Made by a program: the position numbers and the translations under genes
Assembly (NCBI GenBank): GCA_017507905.1
Contig: JAFWAA010000051.1
Span: 1 to 50,418, forward strand
From: Clostridia bacterium
GTDB lineage: Bacteria; Bacillota; Clostridia; Oscillospirales; CAG-272
Direction of reading: 5' to 3'
Length of the DNA: 50,418 nucleotides
Shown here: piece by piece, positions 35,196-45,198 of the stretch
How the letters are laid out: every line of letters starts with the position of its first letter
How positions within the stretch are numbered: the stretch's first letter is position 1
Notes under the pieces: generated by a model
The model's database searches: none
What the model was told of the DNA's origin: nothing
Seen by the model: the letters and a program-made list of their open reading frames with translations, nothing else

Positions 35196-36620
35196 TTATT
35201 TTTCGACCGCGGCAAGCAGCGACGCCTCGCTCTCGCGCCTCGCTTCACGCTTTCGCCGTCTGTGCAGACTGCAAAGACCGATCGTATAGTGTGCCGTCGC
35301 CGTAAGGCCCCAGGAGATGGGATAGGAAAGATACAGCACCTCCATGGTGGGCATCGCCGCAAAGAGGGTATAGACCCACACCACGCGCAGCACGCAGGAG
35401 CCAAGGAGAGAGACGACCGTTGAGGTCAGGGATTTTCCAAGTCCGCGCAAAAGACCGCTTCCCGTTTCCATCAGTCCTAGGAGAAAATAGACCGAGAAGG
35501 TCAAATTCACGCGCTTCATGCCCGCCGCGATGGCCGCGGGATTTTCGGGCGCGTACAGGCCAAGCAGGCTCTCGCCAAAGGGACGGACCAGGTTGCCAAG
35601 CACGAGGCCGACCAGGGCGACCGACAGCGCACAGCGCAGAATGCACTGGCGCACGCGCTTGTAGTTTTGCGCGCCCACGTTCTGCCCGACGAAGGTCAGC
35701 GTTGCCTGGTAGAAGGAGTTTTGCACCGTGTAGAGATAGCCCTCCACGTTTGCCGCGGCCGCATTGCCTGCGACCACTGCCTTGCCAAGCGAGTTGACCG
35801 AGCTTTGGATCAGCACGTTGGAGATGGAAAAGAGCATTCCCTGCACGCCCGCAGGAATACCGATGGCGAGCAGACGCTTGAGCTTGTCCCCGTGAATGCG
35901 CAGCTTGCCAAGCTCCAGACGGCAGGGGCCGTCGGTGTGAAGCATAAAGCCGATGATCAGCACGCAGGAGAGCCAATGCGAGGCCGCCGTGGCAATTCCC
36001 ACGCCGATCGCGCCCAGATGGAAGCCCAGAACCATGATCAGATTGAGGATCACGTTGAGCACGCCCGCCGCGGAAAGGAAGGCCAGAGGGCGGACGGTAT
36101 CTCCCGTGGAGCGCAGCATTGCCGCGCAATAATTATACAGGATATTGGCGATCGCGCCGCAGAAGTACGCGCGCATATAGGGCACGGCCTGCGCCATGAC
36201 GACCTCCTCGGTCCCCATCAGCGCAAGAAGCGGACGGGCAAAGAGAATGCCGATCACGGTCGCCCCCACGCCGCAGACCAGCGCGGTCAGCACCGAGGTA
36301 TGTACCGTACGGGAAACGTCGTCGTACTTTCGCGCGCCCATGTCGTTGGCCACGGTAACGCCCGAGCCGATCGACAGGCCAATGAACAGATTGATCAAAA
36401 GGGTGATCAGCGAGCCGCAGGAGCCAACGGCGGCCAAAGCCGTCTCACACTCCTCGGGCGTGCTTCCTCCCCAGCGGCCGACCACGATGATGTCTGCCGT
36501 ATTGAACAAGAGCTGCAAAACGCCCGTGGCGATCAGGGGAAGCACGAATCTTGCCAGCTGCGGCAGGATCGGGCCCTCCGTATAGTCACGAAATCGCTTT
36601 TGCGCACCTGTGCTTTCCAT
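35196..36620 (-). CDS. MATE family efflux transporter
   Basis: LQLLFNTADIIVVG, ALAAVGS, LRSTGDT.RPL, TFVGQNVGA; about 12 TM segments. Confidence 0.93.
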   Translation of the reverse strand: MESTGAQKRFRDYTEGPILPQLARFVLPLIATGVLQLLFNTADIIVVGRWGGSTPEECETALAAVGSCGSLITLLINLFIGLSIGSGVTVANDMGARKYDDVSRTVHTSVLTALVCGVGATVIGILFARPLLALMGTEEVVMAQAVPYMRAYFCGAIANILYNYCAAMLRSTGDTVRPLAFLSAAGVLNVILNLIMVLGFHLGAIGVGIATAASHWLSCVLIIGFMLHTDGPCRLELGKLRIHGDKLKRLLAIGIPAGVQGMLFSISNVLIQSSVNSLGKAVVAGNAAAANVEGYLYTVQNSFYQATLTFVGQNVGAQNYKRVRQCILRCALSVALVGLVLGNLVRPFGESLLGLYAPENPAAIAAGMKRVNLTFSVYFLLGLMETGSGLLRGLGKSLTSTVVSLLGSCVLRVVWVYTLFAAMPTMEVLYLSYPISWGLTATAHYTIGLCSLHRRRKREARRESEASLLAAVEK

Positions 36621-36755
36621 TCTTTACTCACTCCTCTCCAAGGGAAAACGGGCTTGCCGTGGGAAGCTCCCTCCCGCGCGCAACACCCGAAGATTGCCGA
36701 TCGGCGCATAAGGAAAGCCGCCTCGCAACGTCCTTGCGGGGCGGCTCGCTTAGAT

Positions 36756-37118
36756 TCAGGCATCAAAAATGAAGTCCTCGATCGAGGTCTCCTCGTCCAC
36801 CTCAATGCGATGCAGATGATCGCGGGAGACGCTTCCGCGGTCGGCGGCAACGCCAAGCACCTCGGAAATGTTGCGATCCATCAGCTCGGCATCCTCGCCG
36901 TCGATCACGTCGTCCATCTTCAACCGGCGAACGGCGTCACGCTCGGGCTTGGAGGCGATCGCCATGCCTGCGGCAAGGCCTGCAATGCCTGCCAGAAGGC
37001 TGACCACGCTGGTCTCCTTCTTCTTGCCTGCACGGACCGAATAGTCGGTGATCAGCGCCACCGAGATGGCGGCGACCGATGCGCCTGCGATGCGGTAAAA
37101 CAGATTTTCGTTTTTCAT
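36756..37118 (-). CDS. Hypothetical membrane-associated protein
   Basis: GGAGGG RBS; two hydrophobic segments and an acidic tail. Confidence 0.7.
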   Translation of the reverse strand: MKNENLFYRIAGASVAAISVALITDYSVRAGKKKETSVVSLLAGIAGLAAGMAIASKPERDAVRRLKMDDVIDGEDAELMDRNISEVLGVAADRGSVSRDHLHRIEVDEETSIEDFIFDA

Positions 37119-37160
37119 AGTTCCCTCCGAGTCGGTTTTATCGGTATAGCTTGCTTTGTC

Positions 37161-38270
37161 TTAATTGGCGGACGTCATCTTGAGGTAAGCGTTGATGAAG
37201 CCGTCGATGTCGCCGTCCATAACGGCCTGAATGTTGCCGGTCTCGTATCCCGTACGGGTGTCCTTGGCCAGCGTGTAGGGCATGAAGACGTAGGAACGGA
37301 TCTGTGCGCCCCACTCGATGTTGGTCTTGTTGCCCTGGATATCCTCGATGGTGTCCAGACGCTCCTGGAGCTTGATCTCCATCAGCTTGGACTTGAGCAT
37401 ACGCATGGCGGTCTCCTTGTTCTGGAGCTGGGATCTCTCGGTCTGACAGCCCACCACGATGCCCGTCGGCTTATGCACGATGCGAATGGCCGAGTCGGTC
37501 TTGTTGATGTGCTGACCTCCCGCGCCGCTCGAGCGGTGCGCCGTGACCTCGATGTCCTCCTCGCGAATGACCACCTCGTCCACGTTATCAAACTCGGGCA
37601 TGACCTCGATCGAGGCAAAGGAGGTCTGGCGGCGTCCGTTGGCGTCAAAGGGGGAGACGCGCACGAGACGGTGCACGCCGTTCTCGCTCTTGAGGTATCC
37701 GTAGGCGTTCAGTCCGCTGATCATGACCGTGGCGCTCTTAATGCCTGCGCCGTCACCGTCCAGCCAGTCGGTCAGCTTCACCTGGAAGCCTCGCTTCTCT
37801 GCCCAGCGCGTGATCATGCGGTAGAGCATCTGTGCCCAATCCTGCGCCTCGGTTCCGCCCGCACCCGGGTGGAAGGAGACGATGGCGTTATTCTTATCGT
37901 ATTCGCCCGAAAGCAGGACCTCAATGCGGCGGCGCTCCTCCTCCTCGAGAATGGCGGCAAGCTCGCCCTGCACCTCCTCCACGAAGGATTCGTCATTCTC
38001 CTCGATGGCCATTTCCGCAAGGGCAATCGCGTCCTCAAGCCGTGCGCAAAGGCGCTCGTAGCCTGCCACCTTATCCTGTCCCTGCTTGACCACCTGCAGC
38101 ACCTTGCTGGATTTCTCCGCATTGCTCCAGAAATCGGGGGCCTGCGTTTGTGCCTCCAGATCCTTCAGGCTCTCTCGGGTCTCCTCGATCCGCAGTGCGT
38201 TGCCCAATTCCTTGATGTCCGCACGCAGGCCGATCAGCTTATACTTTGCTTCTTCTAATGCAACGATCAA
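37161..38270 (-). CDS. prfB: Peptide chain release factor 2 (no internal frameshift)
   Basis: GGAGG RBS with TTG start; GAGGTEAQDW, RVSPFD (SPF), SSGAGGQHINKT, QIRSYVFMPY. Confidence 0.96.
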   Translation of the reverse strand: MIVALEEAKYKLIGLRADIKELGNALRIEETRESLKDLEAQTQAPDFWSNAEKSSKVLQVVKQGQDKVAGYERLCARLEDAIALAEMAIEENDESFVEEVQGELAAILEEEERRRIEVLLSGEYDKNNAIVSFHPGAGGTEAQDWAQMLYRMITRWAEKRGFQVKLTDWLDGDGAGIKSATVMISGLNAYGYLKSENGVHRLVRVSPFDANGRRQTSFASIEVMPEFDNVDEVVIREEDIEVTAHRSSGAGGQHINKTDSAIRIVHKPTGIVVGCQTERSQLQNKETAMRMLKSKLMEIKLQERLDTIEDIQGNKTNIEWGAQIRSYVFMPYTLAKDTRTGYETGNIQAVMDGDIDGFINAYLKMTSAN

Positions 38271-38389
38271 ATGTACCTCCCACGCCCGTATCGGGCGTTC
38301 TGTGTATCGGTCTTTCCGTTCTCTCTTTATTATAGCACGAATCCACGCGCTCTTGCAAGAGGTTTTTTTGTTTTTTTCAAAATCTGCCG

Positions 38390-38869
38390 TTATTTATGAT
38401 ATTTCGTTCCCTTCAGAATGGAAAAGGAGCGATAAAGCACCTCGAGCAGCAAAACGCGCATCATCTGGTGCGGGAAGGTGAGGGCCGAGACCGAAAGCCG
38501 AAGCTGGCAGGCCTCCTTGACCTCGGGGGCAAGCCCGTGCGACGAGCCGATCACAAGGCAAAGGCTTCCCTGCCCGTCGATCGCGCTCTGCAATCTCTCG
38601 GCCAGCGCCTCGGAGGAGAACTGCTTTCCCTCCACGCAAAGCGCTATGCGGTAGGCTCTTGGCGGCATGGCAGAGAGGATCCGCTTGCCCTCGTCGGCAA
38701 GCGCCGCACGCACCTCGCTCTCGGAGGGATTCTCCGAAAGGCGCGCCTCCTTCAGCTCCAGCAGAGTCGGCTTGCAAAAGGCGCAAAGGCGCTTTTCGTA
38801 TTCCTTGACGGCGTCGCGCCAGTAGGCCTCCTTCAGGCCTCCCACGGTGATCACGGTAAGCTGAATCAT
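38390..38869 (-). CDS. rlmH: 23S rRNA (pseudouridine1915-N3)-methyltransferase
   Basis: EGKQFSSE, VIGSSHGL, TFPHQMMRVLLLEVLYRSF, KYHK. Confidence 0.95.
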   Translation of the reverse strand: MIQLTVITVGGLKEAYWRDAVKEYEKRLCAFCKPTLLELKEARLSENPSESEVRAALADEGKRILSAMPPRAYRIALCVEGKQFSSEALAERLQSAIDGQGSLCLVIGSSHGLAPEVKEACQLRLSVSALTFPHQMMRVLLLEVLYRSFSILKGTKYHK

Positions 38870-38909
38870 CGTTTCCTCCTTCCACGGCGTGCAAGGGTCG
38901 CATGGACCG

Positions 38910-39701
38910 TCACGCGTCTTCCTCCTCAAAAAGTACGGTAATGGCGTCGGGGTGTGCCACGCGAATGCAGACGCCGTCGTCCCCCACCGCGCCAAAGCAC
39001 TCGTCAAAGGCGATGTCGGGCGTGTTGTTCTCGCGGCTCAGATGCGCCAGAAGCAGATAGCGCGTGCCGCTCGCGCAAAGACGGGAGGCAAGGCAGGCGC
39101 TGTCGGGATTGGAGAGATGCCCGCGCCGCGATGCGATCCGCCGCTTCAGCTCGTAGGGATAGGACCCCGTCTGCAGCATCTCGGGATCGTGGTTGCTCTC
39201 CAGGATCACGGCGTCGCACCCAAAAAGTCCCTGCTCGACCTCGGGCGTTACGTAGCCCAGGTCGGTGGCGTATCCCAGACGGAAAACGCCCTGCTCGGTG
39301 GGGATCTCGATGCGATAGCCCACGGAGCCGCGGCTATCGTGCGGCGTGGGAAAGGAGGTCACGGTCATGCCGCAGATCTCCTGCGTCCAGATGGGGGGAT
39401 GGGGACAAAGATGCGGCTCCACCGACGTCTCCCCCGCAAAGCGCGGAAGGCAGGCGGTGGGCAGATGTATGGGCATGGGGTGCTTCTTGATCCACACGGC
39501 AAGCGCGCTGACGTGGTCGCTATGCTCGTGCGTCAGCAGGATCGCCCCGATGCGTGCGGGATCCACCCCTCCCTCGGTCAGTGCGGCGTTCAGGTGCTTT
39601 GCGTTTTTGCCCGCGTCGATCAGCAGCGTGCCGCTCGGCGCGCAGATGGCAAAGGCGTTTCCGCTCGAGCCCGAATACAGGGAAAGAATACGCAATCCCA
39701 T
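38910..39701 (-). CDS. MBL-fold metallo-hydrolase (YycJ/WalJ-like)
   Basis: LYSGSSGN, THEHSDH, TPHD, ATDLG, ESNHD, GHLSN, AHLSRENN; adjacent to rlmH. Confidence 0.9.
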   Translation of the reverse strand: MGLRILSLYSGSSGNAFAICAPSGTLLIDAGKNAKHLNAALTEGGVDPARIGAILLTHEHSDHVSALAVWIKKHPMPIHLPTACLPRFAGETSVEPHLCPHPPIWTQEICGMTVTSFPTPHDSRGSVGYRIEIPTEQGVFRLGYATDLGYVTPEVEQGLFGCDAVILESNHDPEMLQTGSYPYELKRRIASRRGHLSNPDSACLASRLCASGTRYLLLAHLSRENNTPDIAFDECFGAVGDDGVCIRVAHPDAITVLFEEEDA

Positions 39702-40063
39702 CACGAGAGCCTCTCTGCAAAAAAGGGCCAAAGGAAAAGATACGCGTAATCCAAAAGCAGCGTCAGGATCATGGGCAGCACCAGCGTCAGGATCCACTCC
39801 GAGCGGGCAAGACGCTCGCGGCTCTCGCGCAAAAGCGTCCGCTTCTCCTCAAGCGACATACTGTCGGGGAGCGTTTCCTCGGTGGCGTTCTTCCAGGCAA
39901 GGCCGCGGTTATAGATGACGTAGACCAGGGCCAGGATCGCGCCGCAGCCCACGTAGAGCAGGTGCATCGGCACGCCCTTGGCCGCCAAAAGAAAATAGAT
40001 GACCGCAAGGATCACCGTATGCAAAAGCAAACGAAGCGCAAGCCTCTTCTTTTCGGGTCGCAC
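39701..40063 (-). CDS. Small membrane protein
   Basis: AAAGGAGG RBS with GTG start; three hydrophobic segments. Confidence 0.7.
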   Translation of the reverse strand: MRPEKKRLALRLLLHTVILAVIYFLLAAKGVPMHLLYVGCGAILALVYVIYNRGLAWKNATEETLPDSMSLEEKRTLLRESRERLARSEWILTLVLPMILTLLLDYAYLFLWPFFAERLS

Positions 40064-40147
40064 TGTGCAAGACCCCTCCTTTCCTTCCAAGCAAGCAGAT
40101 CACAGACGGAGCACTCGCCATGGGCAGGCGCTCCGTCCGCTGTTTCC

Positions 40148-41443
40148 TTATTCCTCATCAAAGACGCGGATCGCGCCCGCGGGACGAATGGAAAGCACCT
40201 TGCAGCTTCCCTCGCCGAAGGCTCCGTCCATCACGCGGCGAAGCTCCTCGACCTGCGAAAGAGGCACGAAGGCCTGCACCGTTCCCGCAAAGCCGCCGCC
40301 ATGCACGCGCCAGGCCGCGCGCTCTCCCGAAAGGGTACGCTCGGCAAGGCAGAGCGCCAGCGAAAGCCCCTGCTCGGTCACGTTCTTGGTGGTGTATACG
40401 TTTTGCAGATAGCAGAAGGAGGAGCGCCCCGAGGCGAGAACGCCGTCAAAGAAGCCTTCAAGGTCGCCCTTCTCCAGCGCCTCTCTCTGCGCAAGCACGC
40501 GGCGGTTCTCCTCCACAAAATGCAAGGCGCGCAGAATGGCACGGTCGCCAAGGCTCTCGCGCAGACGCGGAATGGCCGCAAGCAGCTCTCCCTCGTCCAC
40601 CTCGCGAAGCACGTCCTTGCCCAGCGCCGCGGCAACCGCCTTCATCTCGGCAGGCACGGCGGCGTAATCCTCGGTCAGGTCGGCGTGGTTGCCTCCCGTG
40701 TTGATGATGCAAAGACGGTAGCCGAGCGCGGTGAGATCAAGCTCCAGCTTTTCAACGACGGGGGCCTTGGGATCGGCAAAGTCGATGGCCACGATGCCGC
40801 CTGCGGCGCAGGCGATCTGGTCCATCAGTCCGCAGGGCTTGCCGAAGAAGACGTTCTCGGCATACTGCGCGATGCAGGAGATCTCTACGAAGGAGATCCT
40901 GCCGCCGTTGTAGAGATGGTTGAGGATCGTGCCGATCATGTCCTCAAAGGCGGCCGAGGAGGAAAGCCCCGAGCCTCCCGGGACGTTTGAGGTGGTGTAG
41001 GCGTCAAAGCCGCCCGTGGCGTATCCGCGATCGGCAAAGCCGCGCACCACGCCTGCGATCAGCGCGTCCGAGCGGCCAAAGCGCTCAGGGTTCGGCTCGC
41101 AAAAGTGCGCAGGGTCAACGACGTCCTCGTCAAAGCCCTCGCTCTTGAGGCGGATCAGCCCATCCTCCACGGGAGAGGCCACCGCCAGAATATCCAGATC
41201 CACCGAGGCGGCGATCACGCGGCCGCGGTTGTGGTCGGTGTGGTTGCCCGAAAGCTCGCTCCGTCCCGAAACCGAGTAGATCTCGGCCTCGCGATCCTCG
41301 CCGTAGCGTGCGGCAAAGGCGTTGACGGCGTCGGTATAGCGTCTTCTCTGCCCGTCAAGGGCGTCCGCACCGTAAAGCGAAAGCAAACGGCGATCCAGCC
41401 TTCCCTCGGCAAGAAGAGCTCTCCATTCAGAAATCGGTCTCAT
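40148..41443 (-). CDS. galK: Galactokinase (GHMP kinase)
   Basis: SGRSELSGNHTDHN, PGGSGLSSSAA, GKPCGLMDQ, RVHGGGFAG; AAGGAG RBS. Confidence 0.9.
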   Translation of the reverse strand: MRPISEWRALLAEGRLDRRLLSLYGADALDGQRRRYTDAVNAFAARYGEDREAEIYSVSGRSELSGNHTDHNRGRVIAASVDLDILAVASPVEDGLIRLKSEGFDEDVVDPAHFCEPNPERFGRSDALIAGVVRGFADRGYATGGFDAYTTSNVPGGSGLSSSAAFEDMIGTILNHLYNGGRISFVEISCIAQYAENVFFGKPCGLMDQIACAAGGIVAIDFADPKAPVVEKLELDLTALGYRLCIINTGGNHADLTEDYAAVPAEMKAVAAALGKDVLREVDEGELLAAIPRLRESLGDRAILRALHFVEENRRVLAQREALEKGDLEGFFDGVLASGRSSFCYLQNVYTTKNVTEQGLSLALCLAERTLSGERAAWRVHGGGFAGTVQAFVPLSQVEELRRVMDGAFGEGSCKVLSIRPAGAIRVFDEE

Positions 41444-41487
41444 CAAAAACGCACTCCTTTCAAGCGATCCCCCTCGTCCGTCGGCAC

Positions 41488-42300
41488 TCAACGCAAGCGG
41501 AGGAGACGCCGCAGAAGAAAGCCCACGAGCGCCAGAAGGATCCAAAGTAACGAAAAGGTAAAAATCAAAATAAAGAAGGACAGCGCGTGCAAGCTCCACA
41601 GGCGCAGGCCGAGAAAGACCTGCTCCCGCACGCCAAAAAGACGCGTAAGCAGTGCCGCGACGGCCAAAAGCAGAAGGTAAAGAGGAACCGCACTCGCGCT
41701 TCCCTGAATGTCCTGCCAGCTCAAACGAACGTGCAGGGACACCGAGAGCATCACGAGAAGCCCGATCAGGCTGCGGATCCAGTCGGTGCGAAAGGCAGAG
41801 AGGATCCCCTGCAGCAGGGATACGCTCTGCTCGAGTAGCGCGCGAAGTGAAGGCGCACCCGCAAGCATCTGCCGCGAGGTGGCGAGATAGCTCTCCCACG
41901 GAACGGGAAAGCAAAGCCGAAGCATCAGCCAAAGCACCAAAAGGCCGCTGAAGATGGGTCCCAAGCCAATAAAGAGGTTGCCAAGACGCGCCCAGGGATT
42001 GCGGTGATTGTAGCTATGCTCCACAAAGCCGTAGACCCCGTCCGCAGAGCGCGGCGACCAAAGGCGCATTCGCTCGATGCGATGTCCGAACAAAAGACAC
42101 ATCGCGGCGTGCCCAAGCTCGTGCACGGGCGTGCCGATGACGGCGGTCACGTCAAAGACCGCTCCGCTCCCTTTGCCGATCAGGCGGGAAAAGAGCCTTG
42201 CGCAAAGCTCGACCGTAAGTCCGCAAAGCAGGATCACTCCGACCGTCAGGATCACCCACCAAAAGAGGTCGGAGAGGTAAGACAGGATCCAATTGCCCAT
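41488..42300 (-). CDS. Membrane protein with HExxH motif (M50-like intramembrane metalloprotease)
   Basis: IGTPVHELGHA, GFVEHSY, NLFIGLGPI, LS.QD. Confidence 0.75.
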   Translation of the reverse strand: MGNWILSYLSDLFWWVILTVGVILLCGLTVELCARLFSRLIGKGSGAVFDVTAVIGTPVHELGHAAMCLLFGHRIERMRLWSPRSADGVYGFVEHSYNHRNPWARLGNLFIGLGPIFSGLLVLWLMLRLCFPVPWESYLATSRQMLAGAPSLRALLEQSVSLLQGILSAFRTDWIRSLIGLLVMLSVSLHVRLSWQDIQGSASAVPLYLLLLAVAALLTRLFGVREQVFLGLRLWSLHALSFFILIFTFSLLWILLALVGFLLRRLLRLR

Positions 42301-42322
42301 GCGTATTCCTCAGCGCAGGCGA

Positions 42323-42979
42323 TCAGTGCTTCTTCTTGGCGGAGATCTTCAGCACGTCGCTCGAGCGTCCGATCACCACGATGTGATCCTCAGGACGGAA
42401 GACGTAGTCCGCTCCCGGCGTGGGCTGCAGAATTCCGCCGCTCTTGACGGCGACAATGTTGATCTTGTGCTTGCGGCGCACGTCCACCTCCATAATGGTC
42501 TTGCCCTGCCAGAGCGCGGGGATCGGGATCTCGTAGATGGAATATTCGGGCGTGAGGGGCACGTAATCAAAGACGTTGTTCGCGCTGTAGCGCACGGCCA
42601 GATTCTCGGCCAGGTCGCGCTCGGGATAGACGATCTCGTCCGCGCCGATCTGCTGCAAAAGCTCGGCCTGGATCTCCTGGTTGGCCTTGGCCACCACCTG
42701 CTTTGCTCCCTCGCGCTTGAGGAGCGAAGTGATGATCAGCGAGGACTGAAAATCCTCACCGATGGACACAAAGCACAGATCCATGGACTTGACGCCAAGC
42801 GAGCGGATCACCGCCGCGTTCGTGCAGTCGCCGATGTGCGAGTCGGTAAACTCCTCGGCGATCGCGTTGATGCGGTCGGCATCGCGGTCAACGATCATCA
42901 CGTCGTTGCCCAGAGCCTTCATTTTGCAGGCTAAGTGTTGTCCAAATCGGCCCATGCCGATGATCAGTACAGATTTCAT
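42323..42979 (-). CDS. ktrA: Potassium uptake regulatory RCK subunit (TrkA/KtrA family)
   Basis: IIGMGRFG, GADEIVYPERD, RCK_C domain. Confidence 0.9.
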   Translation of the reverse strand: MKSVLIIGMGRFGQHLACKMKALGNDVMIVDRDADRINAIAEEFTDSHIGDCTNAAVIRSLGVKSMDLCFVSIGEDFQSSLIITSLLKREGAKQVVAKANQEIQAELLQQIGADEIVYPERDLAENLAVRYSANNVFDYVPLTPEYSIYEIPIPALWQGKTIMEVDVRRKHKINIVAVKSGGILQPTPGADYVFRPEDHIVVIGRSSDVLKISAKKKH

Positions 42980-43021
42980 AACGGTAGCTTCCTTTCCTTT
43001 ATTACGGTCTTTCCGTATTCG

Positions 43022-44362
43022 TTAACCGATAAGCACCTTTTCAACGGGGCGCTTCAAGGGCTCGGGCTTGGCCGTCTCTCCCAGTGCCAAAAAGAGCGAG
43101 AGTCCGCCAAGACGCCCTGCATACATCAGCAGGATCAGCACCAGCTTTGAGCCGATGCAAAGCGTGGGAGTAAGGTTGCGCGAGAGGCCGACCGTGGCCA
43201 CCGCGGAGACCGTTTCGTACAGCACGTCAAGGAATGCGGCGTCCTCCATGGCCGAGATCAGCAAGGTGGCCAGAAGCGCCATGAACAGGTATACGCCAAC
43301 CACGGCGCCTGCCTGCCGCACGATGCGGTTCTCAATGCGCCGCTTGCCGAAGATCACCGTCTCGCGGTTTCGGGAGAAGCGCAGAATACTGAGCACGAAG
43401 ATGAGCATGGTCGTGGTCTTAATTCCTCCTGCCGTGGATCCGGGCGAGCCGCCCACGAACATCAAGCAGATCGACGCCAGCGCTCCGGAGTCGCTCAGCG
43501 CGGTCTGATCCACCGTATAAAAGCCTGCCGTACGCGTGGTGACCGACTGGAAGAGCGAGGCCATGAGCCGCTCGCCAAAGGACATTCCCGCAAAGGCGTG
43601 GTTGTATTCGGTGATGAACAGCAGCACCCAGCCGCCAAGCAAGAGCGCACCCGTGGTGCAAAGCACCATCTTGGTGTGCAGGCGCAGGCGCCGAGGGCGG
43701 AAGAAATTGCGCATCAGATCGTCCCAGACCAAAAAGCCAAGTCCGCCCATCACGATCAGCATCATGACCACACCGACGACCAAGGGGTCGTTGCGAAAGG
43801 CGCTCAGCGAGGCCGAGCCCTCCGCACCAAAGAGATCCAGTCCCGCATTACAGAAGGCCGAGACCGAATGGAAGACGGCATACCAGATGCCCTTGCTCCC
43901 GTACATCGGGTAGAAGCGGATCGAAAGCAGTGCCGCGCCAAGTCCCTCCATCAAGAAGGTGCCGATCAGGATCTGGCGGAAGGTCGCCATCACGCCGCTC
44001 ATCTGCAGAGAGCCAACGCTCTGCAAGAGCAGGCGCCGCTCGTGCAGGCTGACCTGCCGATGCACGAAGAAGGAGAAGAGCGTGATCAGCGTCATAAAGC
44101 CGATGCCGCCAAGCTGGATCAGGACCAGGATCACGATCTGTCCAAAGAGCGACCAATGCGCCGCGGTATCCACCACCACAAGACCGGTTACGCAGGTGGC
44201 GGTTGTTGCCGTAAAGAGGGCGTCCACGGGGTTGGTCCAGCTTCCCGACGCCGAGGCAAACGGCGTGCAGAGCAGAAGCGCGCCCACGAGGATCACCAGC
44301 GCAAAGCTGATGGCGATGATCCGCGTGTTGGTCATCTTCATTTTCACGTTTTGAAAGGCCAT
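43022..44362 (-). CDS. ktrB: Potassium uptake membrane subunit (TrkH/KtrB family)
   Basis: ATCVTGL, SAFCNAG, TTRTAGF, GSTAGGIK, ATVGLS, MYAGRLG. Confidence 0.92.
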   Translation of the reverse strand: MAFQNVKMKMTNTRIIAISFALVILVGALLLCTPFASASGSWTNPVDALFTATTATCVTGLVVVDTAAHWSLFGQIVILVLIQLGGIGFMTLITLFSFFVHRQVSLHERRLLLQSVGSLQMSGVMATFRQILIGTFLMEGLGAALLSIRFYPMYGSKGIWYAVFHSVSAFCNAGLDLFGAEGSASLSAFRNDPLVVGVVMMLIVMGGLGFLVWDDLMRNFFRPRRLRLHTKMVLCTTGALLLGGWVLLFITEYNHAFAGMSFGERLMASLFQSVTTRTAGFYTVDQTALSDSGALASICLMFVGGSPGSTAGGIKTTTMLIFVLSILRFSRNRETVIFGKRRIENRIVRQAGAVVGVYLFMALLATLLISAMEDAAFLDVLYETVSAVATVGLSRNLTPTLCIGSKLVLILLMYAGRLGGLSLFLALGETAKPEPLKRPVEKVLIG

Positions 44363-44412
44363 GGGATCCTCCTTTCCCAAGCGGCACGCGGCCGCAAAAG
44401 TATCATTAAAAC

Positions 44413-44441
44413 ATTATACCACATTCTGCCCTGCCTGTCAA
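44413..44441 (-). promoter_or_regulatory. sigmaA promoter of ktrBA
   Basis: TTGACA, 17 nt, TATAAT with TG extension. Confidence 0.75.
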
Positions 44442-44573
44442 GAAAGCATCGCATTATTTCTGCGCGGCGGGAAGCCGACCGAAAAAAACGGCACGTTTTC
44501 CGTTTGTCGTTTCCCCTTTTTTCGTCCTTTTTTCTGCAGGATAATGCATTCTCGGCAAAAAATCAACTTGGCG

Positions 44574-44602
44574 GTATAAATCTCCCCCGTTTGCAGATAC
44601 TA
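44574..44602 (+). promoter_or_regulatory. Possible forespore sigmaF/sigmaG promoter of spoVT
   Basis: GTATA, 17 nt, GATACTA resembles GHATA...CATACTA. Confidence 0.5.
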
Positions 44603-44640
44603 ACATCACCACTTTGCAGATCAAGGAGATTTTTATATAG

Positions 44641-45198
44641 ATGAAAGCAACCGGAATTGTAAGAAGGATCGACGACCTCGGACGCGTCGTCATTCCCAAA
44701 GAGATCAGAAGAACCATGCGTATCCGCGAGGGTGACCCCCTGGAAATTTATACCGACCGCGAGGGGGAGGTCATCTTCAAAAAGTATTCCCCCATTGGGG
44801 AGCTGGCCTCCTTTGCCGCGCAGTACGCCGAGACCCTGCACAAGACCTGCTCGCTCTCGGTCGTGATCTGCGACCGCGACGCCGTGATCGCCTGCGCGGG
44901 CGTTCCGCGCAAGGAGTACACCGACAAGTCGCTCTCCCAGGAGCTTGAGGAGATCATTGAGGGACGCAGCCTCTACGTGCACCGCGAGGACGCCCCCGCC
45001 CTGCCCGTCCTGGCCGACAACCACGCGCACGCCGTGCGCTGCGCCATGCCCATCATCAGCGAGGGCGACGTGCTTGGCTGCGTGGCCTCGGTGGGAGAGG
45101 GCGACGCTGATCCCCGACACCGCTCCCCCATCGGCGAGGTAGAGACCAAGCTGATCCTCACCGCCGCCGGCTTTTTAGGCAGACAGCTGGAAACCTAA
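44641..45198 (+). CDS. spoVT: Stage V sporulation protein T
   Basis: MKATGIVRRIDDLGRVVIPKEIRRTMRIREGDPLEIY...KKYSPIGEL, GAF domain, AAGFLGRQLE. Confidence 0.96.
   Translation: MKATGIVRRIDDLGRVVIPKEIRRTMRIREGDPLEIYTDREGEVIFKKYSPIGELASFAAQYAETLHKTCSLSVVICDRDAVIACAGVPRKEYTDKSLSQELEEIIEGRSLYVHREDAPALPVLADNHAHAVRCAMPIISEGDVLGCVASVGEGDADPRHRSPIGEVETKLILTAAGFLGRQLET

Noticed and set aside
44363-44441. c-di-AMP (ydaO) riboswitch before ktrBA
   Set aside because: The promoter is only about 50 nt from the start codon, leaving no room, and no motif was seen.
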